Origin: Octopus sinensis
Lineage: Eukaryota
Direction of reading: 5' to 3'
Length of the DNA: 64,000 bases
NCBI RefSeq assembly: GCF_006345805.1
Contig: NC_042997.1
Span: forward strand, 37,076,001 to 37,140,000
A model generated the notes under the pieces. The model ran no database searches, was not told the origin of the DNA, and worked only from the letters and a program-made list of their open reading frames with translations. The position numbers were made by a program, and so were the translations under genes. How positions within the stretch are numbered: position 1 is the first letter of the stretch; each line of letters begins with the position of its first letter. This document shows, piece after piece, positions 29,378-42,407 of this stretch.

Positions 29378-29650
29378 CATTTGCACAGCTTCTAACGCTG
29401 GATATATATTACGGTGTCAGCTGTTCACTTCTAGTGAACTAAGTTAACACTCCTTATTTTTCGAGCGGTTCCAAGCTGTGCTATTTTCTGCAAGTTGTCC
29501 AACTTTATTGCAGCCCCTATTTGTTTCTATGTACTTCTCAAGACATTTACTCACTGATTCTGTCCTCAGAATCAGTATTAGTGATATCAAGCACAGTACA
29601 AAGATCAATTGGGACAGGCAGTCACCTTGGAAGTTGCCTCATATTCATTA
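29378..29650 (-). mobile_element. R4/Dong-like 3' fragment with (TAA)n tail
   Basis: Minus strand CTTGCAGAAAATAGCACAGCTTGGAACCGCTCG...GTTAGAAGCTGTGCAAATGCAATAATAAT. Confidence 0.75.
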
Positions 29651-29662
29651 TGATTTTTGTTA

Positions 29663-30213
29663 TTGAGTGAGAGAGCAGCGCATGCCATCAAAGTGACTCT
29701 AGGATAAAATGTACGAAGTCCAGTATACCCATCATGACCACTCCTTAGATAAGGGTACACGAGACACATGAATCAAAACGGTATGTGTGCGACATGGTGA
29801 TCTCATATCAAGATATTCATCGCATGATCTTGCAGGTGGGGCCCAGTCAAACTTTTCTTCAGATCGAGTAGCCCATCCCGCTCAAATGATACCTGAATAA
29901 GGCTTGTTTAAGTATAATGAACAAAACACCCATATTTCTAAAGAAGAATTATCCAAATCCCAAAGAACCCCTCTCAACACATGTCTAAGATGCATCCCCC
30001 GTACTTCTGCACGTGATTAGAGATGCACATATCGTCAGTCACTAAGGGACATACTCAACTGGTTATGGTCAAACAATTCACAAGTCTGTAGTACTGAGCA
30101 CTAAATTTGCTGTAGCCCATCTTTTATGCCAAGACAAACAACCTACCTGATAGCACTTCCAATCAGTTAAAATCTGAAGCCTTGAGAACCATTCCGTGGT
30201 ACTAAACCAGGGC
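29663..30213. mobile_element. About 550-bp non-coding repeat associated with (TTA)n, copy 1
   Basis: Homologous end to end to 31654-32200 (TTGAGTGAGAGAGCAG...CAGGGC). No ORF and no tRNA head seen. Confidence 0.8.
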
Positions 30214-30268
<55 letters not shown>

Positions 30269-30301
30269 ATTATTATTAGTAGTAGTAGTAGTAGTAGTAG
30301 T

Positions 30302-30454
30302 TGAGACGTCGCACAGTATACAATATCATGAGGGTTTTGATTGAAGGTATTGTCTTTACACACAATGGGTGCAGTTCCCAGTAATGCTGACTTTTGCAAT
30401 ATACCTAGATTGTAGAGTATATCTAACGTTTCCGGATGATTTTTTTTCAGATTG

Positions 30455-30458
<4 letters not shown>
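30302..30458 (-). mobile_element. Short R4/Dong-like 3' fragment (third subfamily)
   Basis: QKSALLGTA C-terminal motif, with (TAG)n(TAA)n at its 3' side and (TTA)n at its 5' side. Confidence 0.7.
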
Positions 30459-30494
<36 letters not shown>

Positions 30495-30538
30495 TTATTA
30501 TTATTATTATTATTAATATTATTATTATTATTATTATT

Positions 30539-31600
30539 CAGTAGTTTTATTTTTATAGCGTGCTTTCACTTCACTACCGAGCGCAGCTCTGTGTGCCTTG
30601 GGTATGTGCTGTGATTTGTTGTGATGCTCTGATGGTTATTGTATGGAAAGTGTTCTGCGTAGGATGTGTGCAGTGCCTAGTAGTGCAATTTTCTGTATGT
30701 TATATGTGTTTGTAAGTCCTGGTGTTTTTGTTATGTATTTGTCTGAATATTTTTTTATCATGCCTAATGCACCTACTATGATAGGAATTGTTTCTGTTTT
30801 CAGATTCCACATTCTAGTTACCTCTATTTCCAGGTCTTTGTATTTTGAGTGTTTCTCCATTTCTTTTAGAGACACGTTGTCATCAGCCGGTATTGATACA
30901 TCAATTAGAAAGCATTTTTTTTTCTTCATGATCTATGACAACTATATCTGGTCTGTTGGCCTTAATTTCTCTATCTGTGTGTATCGGCATATCCCAGAGT
31001 ATTGTTGCTTTCTCGTTTTCTGTGACCTTTTCTGGTGTGTGCCTATACCATCTTTTTTCTGTTGTTATTCCATAATGTTGGCATAGCTTCCAATGTATGT
31101 AGGTTCCAACTCTGTCATGTCTGTGAATATATTCCTTCTGAGCCAGGACTGGGCAGCTAGAAATAATATGATTTATTGTTTCTTGTCCATCTCTACATAT
31201 TCTGCAGTTACTTGTAATATTTCTTTTCATTACATGTTTTTGGTAATTTCTGGTGGGGAGGCTTTGGTCTTGTGCTGCAATTAAAAATCCCTCTGTCTCA
31301 GCTTTGAGTCCTGAGCTTCTCAACCATTGCTGGGATTTTTCTTTGTCTATTTCTTTAGCGTTTAGTTTAGTGCAGTATTTACCATGAAGGGGCTTTTCTT
31401 GCCATCGTTTTATCATGGTTCGTTGCTGTTCTATTTTTAGTTTGGATTTCATTTGTTTTATAGCTTTTGTTGTTTCTTCATCATCTTCTTCTTCTTCTTC
31501 GTGTTTATTAGGTGGTATGATTTCTTGTTTGTATTTGTCAGCTTCCTTAAATACTGAGAACAGTTTTTTGTTTTGCTCGTGTTTTGCTGCTATCTGGATC
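30539..31600 (-). mobile_element. Young 5'-truncated R4/Dong-like retrotransposon inserted in (TAA)n
   Basis: Nearly open ORF: WQEKPLHGKY, GLKAETEGFLIAAQDQ, CCHC CRICRDGQETINHIISSC, RLE NRPDIVV...CFLIDVSIP...EMEKHSKY, ending QKIALLGTAHILRR. One frameshift in an A-run near 30915. (TTA)n on both sides. Confidence 0.95.
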
Positions 31601-31653
<53 letters not shown>

Positions 31654-31655
<2 letters not shown>

Positions 31656-32200
31656 GAGTGAGAGAGCAGTTCATGCCATCAAAGTGACACTGGGGTAAAA
31701 TATACGAAGCCCAGTATACCCATCATGACTACCCGTCTGATAAGGGCACACCAGGCACATGCATCACAACCATATGTGCGCGATATGGTGATCTCATATC
31801 AAGATAAACAGCACATGACCTTGCAGGTGGGGCCAAGTTAGAATTTTCTTCTGGTCGAGTAACCCATCCCACTCAAAAGGTCCTTGAATAAGGGTTATTT
31901 AAGGATGTTAAATGAAACACCCATGTTTCCAGAGGTGAATTATTTAAACCCCAAATAATCCCTCTCAAAACATGGCTATGATGCTCCCCCACTACTTTTG
32001 CTCGTGATCAGATATGCACATATCGTCAGCCACTAAGGGACATGCTCAACTAGTTAAAGTCAAAAAACTGATAAGCAAATCTGTGGTATTGAGCAGAATA
32101 TTTGCTGTAGCCCATCTTTTATACCAGGACAAAACAACGTACATGATAACGCTTCCAATCAGAAGCCATGAGAGCCACTGCCTGGTACTGCATCAGGGCC
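31654..32200. mobile_element. About 550-bp non-coding repeat embedded in (TTA)n, copy 2
   Basis: Homologous to 29663-30213, with long (TTA)n tracts at both ends. Confidence 0.8.
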
Positions 32201-32254
<54 letters not shown>

Positions 32255-32283
32255 TATTATTCGTCTTCTTCTTCTTCTTCTTC

Positions 32284-32339
<56 letters not shown>

Positions 32340-32399
32340 TTTATTTTTATTATCTGTGCTTTGAAATATCTTTTCCTGACTTGCTTTTATACGGTATTT

Positions 32400-32950
32400 A
32401 ATACGGATTCTTCATTCTCAAATCGTAGCCTATTTCCCCTGTTTTCTGACAGATAAAACAAGTCTCCTTCATCATAACATCTGAAATTACGAAAACACCC
32501 CTACTTAGACTGCATTTCATATAAAGCCTTACAATATGCCTTTCTTTGCGAAACATATTATATAACGCCATCAGCTTTGTCGTGTTGTTATCTATATACT
32601 GTAGTTCTTAGAGTTTCCTTTGATGATGACTTCACAGAATAAAATAATTGTGACAGCACGTCCGAAGATAATTTTGATATTCTTACTGTTCATCGGGGTT
32701 TTGATCTATTGTCCTTTGCATAAATTCATTTTCAGTGTACCTTTCAAGATTTTTGAAACTCATACCGTCAGCTTTCAGAACCCTTAAATAATTGTACCTC
32801 ACCACTTTATGAATTTGCTTTATTTTCTAACCTCTATCACGCCCAAATACTCCTATTTAATACAATATTCATTGCACATCAATATCCGTGAAGCGACAAT
32901 TTGTTTTTCATTAGCTCAAATAACTTCAATTACCCGTAAATAATTCTTGG
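32400..32950 (-). mobile_element. Very old R4/Dong-like RT fragment
   Basis: Remnants EYLGVIE and TTKLMALYNMFRKERHIVRLYMKCSLSRG resemble YKYLG and TRKLM...H.K..I.RLY..R..GGRG. Confidence 0.45.
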
Positions 32951-33978
32951 TTGGTTATTTGTTCCGTGTCAGTACCTGTACCCTTTTGTGAATAAATTGT
33001 TCATTGGTATAAGACAGAAATAGCAAAAATGATAGCCTTACCTATTGAAATATTCTACTCTATCCTTTCTGTCCCCACTTTCTCTCCGCTCTACGAGTTT
33101 CTATCTCGCATTTGCTTCTAAAAAGATTTAACGTTAATTTTATATGAGGCAGTATAATTTCTTTGTAAACTATACAGAATATTGAGCGATTAACTAGAAA
33201 TAGTTTACAGCCGATGTGTAAATACAACAGTTTGGTTTCGTTTGTCTTGACACAGTCTGTGACGGTCATTGCTTTCGGCAAACAGTTTTTGCTTTTCTAA
33301 AAAATTTGTCTGGAGATGTCTAAAGCTGATTCCATTCACAGTACATTCACAGTACATGCTGCATAGAATGGTTTGTGGTGTAGTTCATGAAGTCGTTTTT
33401 TTCCATAAATATAAACATACGTGTCAATAGTGAGGTAGCTCATTCAAATCTCTTGGTGCGTAAATAATGTTAAATGTCCGTCACAAACAATTGAAAGAGA
33501 TTATAAATTTAAGAATAGCAGACATTTACGTTACACCTTTTCCGTTCAAAACAAATGTCGTCTCTCTAATTAACAAATTAATTAATGCTCCTTTCCATTG
33601 AGTGTCATTCAATTAAAATACAAAATCAGTCTTTATACAATATGCCCTTGAAAATTTTATGCATTAGATTTAAATGCATCTTAAAATTTAAAATTGTTGC
33701 GATGGAAAATGTTTCAATTTCATTATTTATGAGAAAAATCCGTTTCATCATAGATTGAAAACTAATTCGAGGCTATAACTTTCTAGCCATTTCAAATCAA
33801 AGCCAATACAAACCAAATCGTATTTGAATACTTTCAGGATTTTTAATCTGTAAATACATATATATCTATTTCAGATGCTTAAAAAAAGCAATATCTGATG
33901 CATAATATCATGGAACCAATTAATCAATATGTTGGTGACAAGTAGAATATAATTTTATTACGAATAAATATCCATCAG

Positions 33979-34049
<71 letters not shown>

Positions 34050-34331
34050 AGAGAGAGAGAGAGAGAGGGACAAACAGAGAGATAGTGACAGAAAGAAAAA
34101 GAGAGATACAAATATAGGTGTGTGGGGGTGTATATGCGTTTGTTTTCGTGTTTGGCAGCTCGAAACACATGAGTCACAAAAAGATCACATCTAAACTAAC
34201 TGCAGCGAAATATTTGTCACTTAAAATGCTGAAAATTTAATTAAATATGAAACAGAACATATGTCAAATTTTAAATAAGAAATATACAGAGAATGAATTT
34301 GAGCAAATCATAAAAGCGATACATACATACA

Positions 34332-34362
<31 letters not shown>

Positions 34363-34381
34363 GTATATATATATATATTAT

Positions 34382-34430
<49 letters not shown>

Positions 34431-34435
34431 ATATA

Positions 34436-34488
<53 letters not shown>

Positions 34489-37329
34489 CATACATATATA
34501 CAGACAGAAACATAGATAGAGAGATAGAGAGATATATAGACTGATAGATAGACAGGCATACACACACTCACATACATATACACACACACACATATGAATA
34601 TTCAAACCAAACCATATAAACTAACAATAAAATTAATAATAACAGACAAGGTGTCGTGCAGAATCAATATATTATTTTGATGCTCAGTAAAAGAAAGGGT
34701 TTTTGAGGTTTTAATGATCGCTCTTCGTCGGAAAGGAGAAAAAGAAATGTCCAAAGAAGGAAAAGAAATCACCATATGTCTATTTATATGGATTCATCTT
34801 TCATCCACACCAAATGAGTTTCGCTTTCGATGTTGCTTCTGATGTTAAAATATATTGTATTCATGGTATTTATAATTATACGTCAGTTGGGTGTATATTT
34901 AAGTGATCTGAACTGAAGGCAGCGTAATAGATGGGCTCATATATAAACGAAAGATTAATCCTACCGAAGCAACTAGCGAAAACCATTCTAACATACTGAA
35001 TTTGAAATAAAATCATGATAGGTGTTATATGTGTGGAACTTATGTATTCGCTCTATAAACCGTGCCGTATCATTTTCTGTTTGGTGGTCAAATCATGGCA
35101 ACTTAATTAATATCTCTAGTTGAAATATCAGTGCCTTTAGCGGGCACTGTTCAGCCACAGATTGTCTCCTATATCTATCTGGGAAGTGTGGCTGGTGTTA
35201 CCTTATTGTCTAGTGTGAAACGCAGTGTAAAATTAATTCTCTTTTGTAAACTCCTGTCCAACCCAGAAGCCACACATCATTTTTTGCAAATAAAAAACCT
35301 CCGTATCCTGCACAGCCCCAAGACACATAAATATCATTAATACCCTCGTCATTTTCCCCCTCAAATTCAGCCCTCAGTAAATCATAAGTCTCTGCAAACT
35401 TATTGTGACAGCAGATTACACTCTCACAGCGATTTGTTGCACAACACATTCACAAGCTTCAAGTACGCCAGCACAGACCTTATTGCACATCAATACCCCC
35501 GACTGGCTAATGCTTCCCTCGTTTTATGTAAACTGTACCAAGTAACGAACCAGCATATGTGCTTCGATGCAAAACTATTACGATCTATAGGCATTATATT
35601 AAAACCATCTTAAACATATATTTTCACTTTATTCACAAAATCGAAATCCCTTGCCCTAAGTGCCCTATATATTTATGACAGCGCTACCCCAGATTGGAGC
35701 TTGAACAAGACCTAGAAAATTGGACGAAAAATAAACAACTATTGAAATTGGCAGGCATCATTCACCATCGCAATTTTTGTAAGAACAACATTCAAACTGC
35801 GAAAGATGTGTCTGCTCATCGACTCAGATCTCCAAATTTGCAATCTGCTTTGCTTTGAATAATGTGATAACATTTAACCGACCACAATGAAATCCAAAAT
35901 AGTTAGGCATATACGCCAAGTGGGGAAATAGGTTCCGTTCGATAAAAAAGAAAAAGACCACCGGCGATGAAAGTAACCCTTCCATGTTCTTGAAACGATG
36001 CACCTAAGTGCTTACACTCCCCAGAGTCTTCCATTTGTTTCTATTATTGAGATACATTACGAACATTCTAATCATGTTACGTTCCGTCTCTTTCCCCAGA
36101 TGTTACTACTATCTCTCATTCTGTCAATAATTGCAATACAATATTTGCTTTCAGTATCTTAAAAGAAATGAAGATAAATGCTATCATGTGAACAACGATC
36201 ATTTCGAAAACCTTAAATCTGTCTTATACTTCTAGGTCTCAATTATGGCTACTTGTAAGCACAAAGCACTCTGATTTTCACTGACATTTAGGTATTTGCC
36301 CTAGGGAAATTTAGTGGAAGCCATGATTTTCGTATATCACAGCAAAGTTAATGATCGTGTTCGGCATGAAATTTCCTTTAAAACCTATTTGCTTATGTTT
36401 CATATACATTTCTCATTTCTTGGACCTAAGGCTTTCTATCAATGTTCACGATCACAGCCTGCTGTCATTGAACTTTCTGACCCGAAATTAACTTCACTAT
36501 CGTGTGGCTAACTTTCCTCTATGTCGAACAGATTTCATCATATACCTTGAGGAACTAAATGCCATCGAAGTCAATTTTATATGACATCATCTTTCAATAT
36601 TCATTAAGATAGATCCGCAAGTTTAATCTACATGCGACATAAACAGAATATTTTTAATTTGTCCAAATTACTCGAGAGACCTTTCACACTAATGTTGTCA
36701 CTCTTAAGAACTGCAACGTAATCTTTGCTCATATTACAATATATTTCGACTCGAAGAGTGCAAGACTAGAACTGGCGGTTCTCAGTGTACCTAGGACAAT
36801 AAATGCTTGGGTCCTAAACGTGTTAATTTTCTACAAATCTTCTCTACACTCAAAATGGTCATCCACTCTAACATATGGAAAGGTGCTGCGTATGCATAGA
36901 TATCCTGAACCGCATTCAGAGAACATTCACTCATGGGATTTTTGTAAACACAGAGACGCGTACCCAGTCTCATATGAGCTGAATTCATTTAGTCCTTACT
37001 CCTAATCTAGCCAGGTTTCTACTCCTAGACCTCGTTTGTGCGTTCTCATAGGCCCTGAAAATTTGAGAAGATCTGAGAAATTATTATTTCTATGATGCTG
37101 AAAAATGTCTTGTATAGAAGACTATCAATTTGTAGTAATCGTATTATTTGTAATAATCGTAATATTATGAACATATCAGGTTCAGTAAAAAGTCAGCAAC
37201 GTTTTTGAACCATGAAGAAATTTTACCGGACTTTTGCAGAAATTTGAAGTTTTTTAAAAACGTTTTTTGCAGTTTCTGGTAATAAAGATATAGGCTTGCC
37301 CAAACACATAAATAAATTAACATTGATAT

Positions 37330-38238
37330 TTTTTACCGTTGTTAAAATCCTCTGAAATAGATCTGTCAAAGCGTGTTATTCGAGACATTTTACTATGCAA
37401 ATTCAAAAAAGGACGTGAAGCAGCTGATACCACTCGCAATATCGACGAAAAATTTGGTGAAAAATGGCCAGTGAGTGCTCAGCTCGAAAATGATTAAAAC
37501 GATTTCACAGTGGAGACGTGAGCCTGTAATACGAGTGGGCGTCCATCTGTCACCGATGACGGTCAAGATCGACGTTGACAGAGGTCCACGTCAACGCACT
37601 CGAGAACTGGCAAAAGAACTTCAAGTTAGTCAGAAAATGCGCAGATATGAAGTGTGCTCGTTGCTTCTTCTCCGTAACCATACCGATCCACTTCTCGGCA
37701 GTATTGTAACTTACGATGGAAAGTGGATTCTGTACAATAGTAAAAACCGTTCTTCTCGGTGGCTGGAACAAAATGAAGCATGGAGCATTTTTCCATAAAC
37801 CGGAGCTCTTCAAAAATAGGTTATGGTGACTGTTTGGAGGTGTGTTACTGGACTCATTCAATGTAGCTACTTAAAACCTTGAAAAACCATTACTGCAGAA
37901 ACATATTGCCATGCAATTGCCAATATTAACGAAAACCTGATGTTCCTCCGTATCAGACTGGTGAACAGAAGAAGGCCAATCATTCTTCATAACAATTGTT
38001 GACCACACGTTTCACTAACAACGCTCCAGAATGTTTAGGTTCTAGCTGAAATTCTGCTACGATCAACTCTGACAGTCATTTTTCTGAGTCGTTAGGATAA
38101 TTTACCCGTCAAACAATGGCAATTGTGGCAATAATTAGATGCATCCTTCAAAACGTAACGTAATAGGTTTGTACTAAGAGTGCTCAGTTTGGTTTTACAC
38201 TAAAACTCCGGCTTGAACTGCAAATAAAAACAGTAATA
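37330..38238 (+). mobile_element. Decayed mariner transposon (Hsmar1/SETMAR-like transposase)
   Basis: Remnants ILLCKFKKGREAADTTRNI, IVTYDGKWILYN, VMVTVW, TITAETYC and VNRRRPIILHNN. Ends ...CAGTAATA. Internal deletions. Confidence 0.85.
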
Positions 38239-38264
38239 CATACATACATTCGCTAGAACCCACA

Positions 38265-39048
38265 TTATACCGATCCCCAAGAATCAGTCTGTGGGGTCAC
38301 ACTGCCACATGGTGCGTTTTTGGTTTACATTGCTTCCCTCGTCGTCGCTTTACGCGAAGGCTGAAATGAAGGAACAGCGCGCTTCCAGAAAATTCTGTTT
38401 TCCGCTGGGGAAAATTGCATGCGTAAAAGCCGTCACGCTTAGATTACAAGGACGCTTCCGTGAGCGAAACACAAGATTCCAGTTGCTTTCACGTTTTATG
38501 AATGGTCAAATATCGTTTGAAGATCAACCTCGTTCAGCACGTCCGTCAATCTCCCTTACGAATATCAACATCATGAAAGTTTCCGCCACCAAACAATTCG
38601 CGAACTTGTAGATGTGACTGATGTGACCTGGAGATCCTCCCAGCGAATTTTGAGCGAGGAATTGTGAATGAAAAGAGTTAAAGAAAAATTTGTGCTTCTC
38701 TTGCTCGCGGAAGATCAGAAGCTGTCAAGACTGAATGCGTGTTGTGAACAGAAAGAACAGTTGTAAGTTGATCCGCACTAGTTTTTTTGAAATTCACCAC
38801 TGATGACGAAAGCTGATTCTACGGAATTTGCAGTTGTAGAGGAGGGGAAGAAAGAAACGACCGAAGCATGACAGGGCATCACTCCTCGAGAGTTCCAGTA
38901 CTACAATACTGTTTTGTATAGTGGAAAACGCGTTTCGACCGATGCATTGCTTTAAATCGCGAATACTTTGAATATGATAAAAGTGTAAACATGTAAATCT
39001 ATGTGAAGAAAGTAACATCGCAAACTTCCTGTTTCTTTTGGGTACCGC

Positions 39049-39052
<4 letters not shown>
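38265..39052 (+). mobile_element. Decayed, internally deleted mariner transposon
   Basis: MKEQRASRKFCFPLGK, FEDQPRSARPS and TDDES.FY motifs. The right end TTTTGGGTACCGCC resembles a mariner TIR and is followed by (TA)n. Confidence 0.8.
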
Positions 39053-39089
<37 letters not shown>

Positions 39090-39249
39090 ATATATATATA
39101 TATATCTATATATATATATATATAATATATATATATATATTATATGTATATATATATATGTATATATATATATGTATATATATATATATGTGTATATATA
39201 TATATATATTATATATGCGTGTGTGTGTGATGGTATTTTAATAATACCA

Positions 39250-39299
<50 letters not shown>

Positions 39300-39389
39300 C
39301 TTAGAATAACTTTTGGCCAATTAGGTTTTGGCCAGTATTGGCCCAGGCCATGTCTAACTTAATAGCACCACCTGGTGAAGTTTTTCAGT

Positions 39390-42300
39390 TCAGGATTTGG
39401 GCACCAAGGCCCATTCGAGCAGAGAGTTATTGTTTGCCGAGACATATCCGGGTGTGGGTGGTTTGTCCGGTACTGTTTGAAGGAATTTGTCCAAAGACTT
39501 CTTGAATTTTGTGTGGTCAGTTTCTTTTTTGACGTGCCCTGGTGTAATGTTGAAGAGAGCAGGTCCAATTGAGGTGAAATAGTTGTGCCGTATTGTCGTT
39601 ATGTGATGCGATTTAGATTTTAGTTGTGGACGGATGGCACGTGGTCCAAGCCTTGGATGCATTTTGAAGGTGATGCCAACATCATTCGGACAGTGCTGGT
39701 GGAATATTTTCCACATCATACAGATAATGTAGCGTTCACGGCGTCGTTGGAGTGAATACAATTTCAGCTTCTCTAGTCTACCCCAGTAGTCAAGGTCTGA
39801 CATGCCATCTATCGTTTTGTGATTGACCTTTGGGGAGCTTCAATTCTCATAAATATTTTGTTTTGTGTAGGGAGACCACAGTGGACAGCAGTATTCAAGG
39901 TGAGGTCGGACAAAAGTGGAGAAGAGAAGGATAATAGCGTGGGAATCTCTCGACTGGAAGGTTCTGAGAATCCAGGAACACATTCTGCGGGTCATGTCAA
40001 CTTTGCTGCTTATATGTGTAGCCCAGCTTATGTTGTTGTCCACTGTTACTCCCAGGTCTCTGATGTTGTTGGATGCCATGAGAATTTCTCCAGAAGGAAG
40101 AGAGTATGGGAGTTTCAGAGCGTCCTCCCTTCCAAATTGGATCAGTTCAAATTTGTCTTCATTTAGCAACATGTTATTCTTTTCCGCCCATTGGACAACA
40201 GCCAGTAGGTCTGACTGAAGGTTTATTCGGTCATCCACGCCATTGATGACCTTCTGGAGCTTGGAGTCATCAGCGAAGGTTCTGATGTTACTGTGTTTGA
40301 TGGTATCAGTAATATCATTTATGTAGATGATGAAGAGAAGTGGGCCCAACACAGTGCCTTGTGGGACACCACTGCTGACTTTGGCTGGGATGGATTTGAC
40401 TCCTTCGACTACAACATGTTGGGTTCTGTTAGACAGCAAGCACTTGATCCACTGCAGCAACTTTCCAGTGACACCAATATTGGACAGCTTTCTCAGAAGG
40501 ATCTTATGATCAACCCTGTCAAAGGCCTTGCTGAAATCAAGGTAGATGACATCAGTGTTGGAACCTTCTCCCAAGGCTCTCAAAATGTCATCAAAATGAT
40601 GCAGTAGCTGCGTCAGGCAATCTCTCCCATTACGGAATCCATGCTGGTTGGGATTCAGCATATTATGACTCTCAAGGAAGTGAGTCATACGCGATCTCAG
40701 CACCCTCTCAAATACCTTGATGATATGAGAGGTGAGTGAGATTGGACGGTAATTCACGGCAAGCGATTTGTTTCCTTTTTTGAAAACTGGGACAACAGAC
40801 TGGGATAGAAGGTCATCTGGTATATATCCAGCATCCAGTGAGTTCCGCCACAGATTGGCTAGAGGGGGTGCAAGTTGGTTTTGGCACATCTTCAAGATAC
40901 AAGCAGGGAACCTATCGGGACCTACTGCTGAATTATGCTTAATTTCCTTTATTGCTGCTAAGACATCAGGAGCGCCAAATGTTTTGTCCGATAAAGTGTA
41001 TTGGGGAGTAACATCACTGATACAGCCCAGATCAGTCATATCAGGATTGCTGAAAACAGAGCAATATTGTTTCTGCAATATCTCTCCCATGGTTTTGGCA
41101 TTGTCTTGAAGAGTACCATTTTCATCAATCAGAGGGCCAACAGTAGAACCAGTGACTCTGTGTTTTTTTGCAAATGAAAAGAACACTTTGGGATTGAGTT
41201 TGATCTTCTCAATGGCCCAGGCCTCTTCAGCTCTTCGCTGACTATTGATGATAGACATCATGTTGTTTTGGAGTTTATGTTTTTTAATCTCTAGCGACGA
41301 GATGGCAGTCAGGTTGGTGTGTTGCTGTTGACAGTATTTCAGCATGTTGATCTTTTTGTTGATTCTTTTAATTTTCCTTATGAGAGATTTTCTATTTCTA
41401 GGGATTCGACACTTAGATTTGTTTGCAGATCTTAATGGGGTGTGTCTTGCACATATGTTCATGATGGTGTCTACAAGTGACTGCCAGGACTTTTTAATGT
41501 TTGTGGGTGTGTATGTGTGCGTGAAGGACCAATCGACTTGTACAAGATCATTATTGATCGCTTCCCAGTTTGCATTGTGGAAATCCATAGTGTCAAATGG
41601 ATGAACAGGAGGGATGACATTTGTTTTGCATTTTGGCCAGTGAAATCTCAGATCACAGAGAACCATGTCATGGTCGGAGAGTAGGGTTTTCTCCACTGCA
41701 ATATTGTGGATAGTATCAGTGTGATTGCTGAAAATTAAGTCTAAGACGTTTTTGTGACATCTCGTTGGTTCGAGTACCAGTTGGGACAAGAAGAAGTCAT
41801 CCATGAAGTCAAGAAGCGATTCCACTGCCTCCCTGTCAGGGGTTGAGAGAGAAGAACCTGGCGGCAGACTGTTTGTAGACCAGTCAACCCCGGGAAGGTT
41901 GAAGTCTCCCATCATTAAAATGTCGTCAGGTTGACACTGCTGAATGAAACACTTTATGCTGTTGAGGCATTCCTTGAAGCATGGTAGGGGCGTTTGGGGT
42001 GGTCTGTAGAGCCCAACTACTGTTAAGTTGTTGGTTTGACTGAATACAGCGACTGCTTCGCAGTATCCATTCGAAAATATGTTCATGGCTTCTGTTGAGA
42101 ATGAATCATGGACATAAATGGCAGTCCCACCCTTTCTTCTTCCAGCACGATCAGCACGAATGGTTTTGAAATTTTGAAATTTCACCTCGGCTTCTAAGTG
42201 GAGGTCACTAAGATGGGTTTCAGTGAGGACGAAGAAAGGGATGTGGTTTGGATGGGCCTCGACCCAGTCCTCCAGGAATCTTATCTTCCATTTTTGTGTA

Positions 42301-42407
42301 TTGGTGGAAGGGCTGATGCCTTGGGCATTAAGCAGAAATGTTGAGGCGAGAGTGGATGGTTTTAATTGTTTTGGTGATTTGTTTATTTGATTGCTTTTTA
42401 ATGGCAT
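39390..42407 (-). pseudogene. LINE ORF2: APE endonuclease plus reverse transcriptase (about 1005 aa if repaired)
   Basis: 855-aa ORF with TETHL, LYRPP, GDFNLP, LDLIFSN, SDH, YRPISLTS, QHGFR, YLDFSKAFD, GVPQGTVLGPLLF and FADD. A 137-aa ORF (39390-39803) continues in the same frame after two compensating 1-bp indels near 39810-39855. Confidence 0.93.

Noticed and set aside
34700-34745. Minus-strand CCGACGAAGAGC... resembling a hammerhead start
   Set aside because: The GAAA half and stem III are missing.
35960-36010. GCGATGAAAG...CTTGAAACGATGCA hammerhead-like spacing
   Set aside because: At least three core changes and no convincing stem I.
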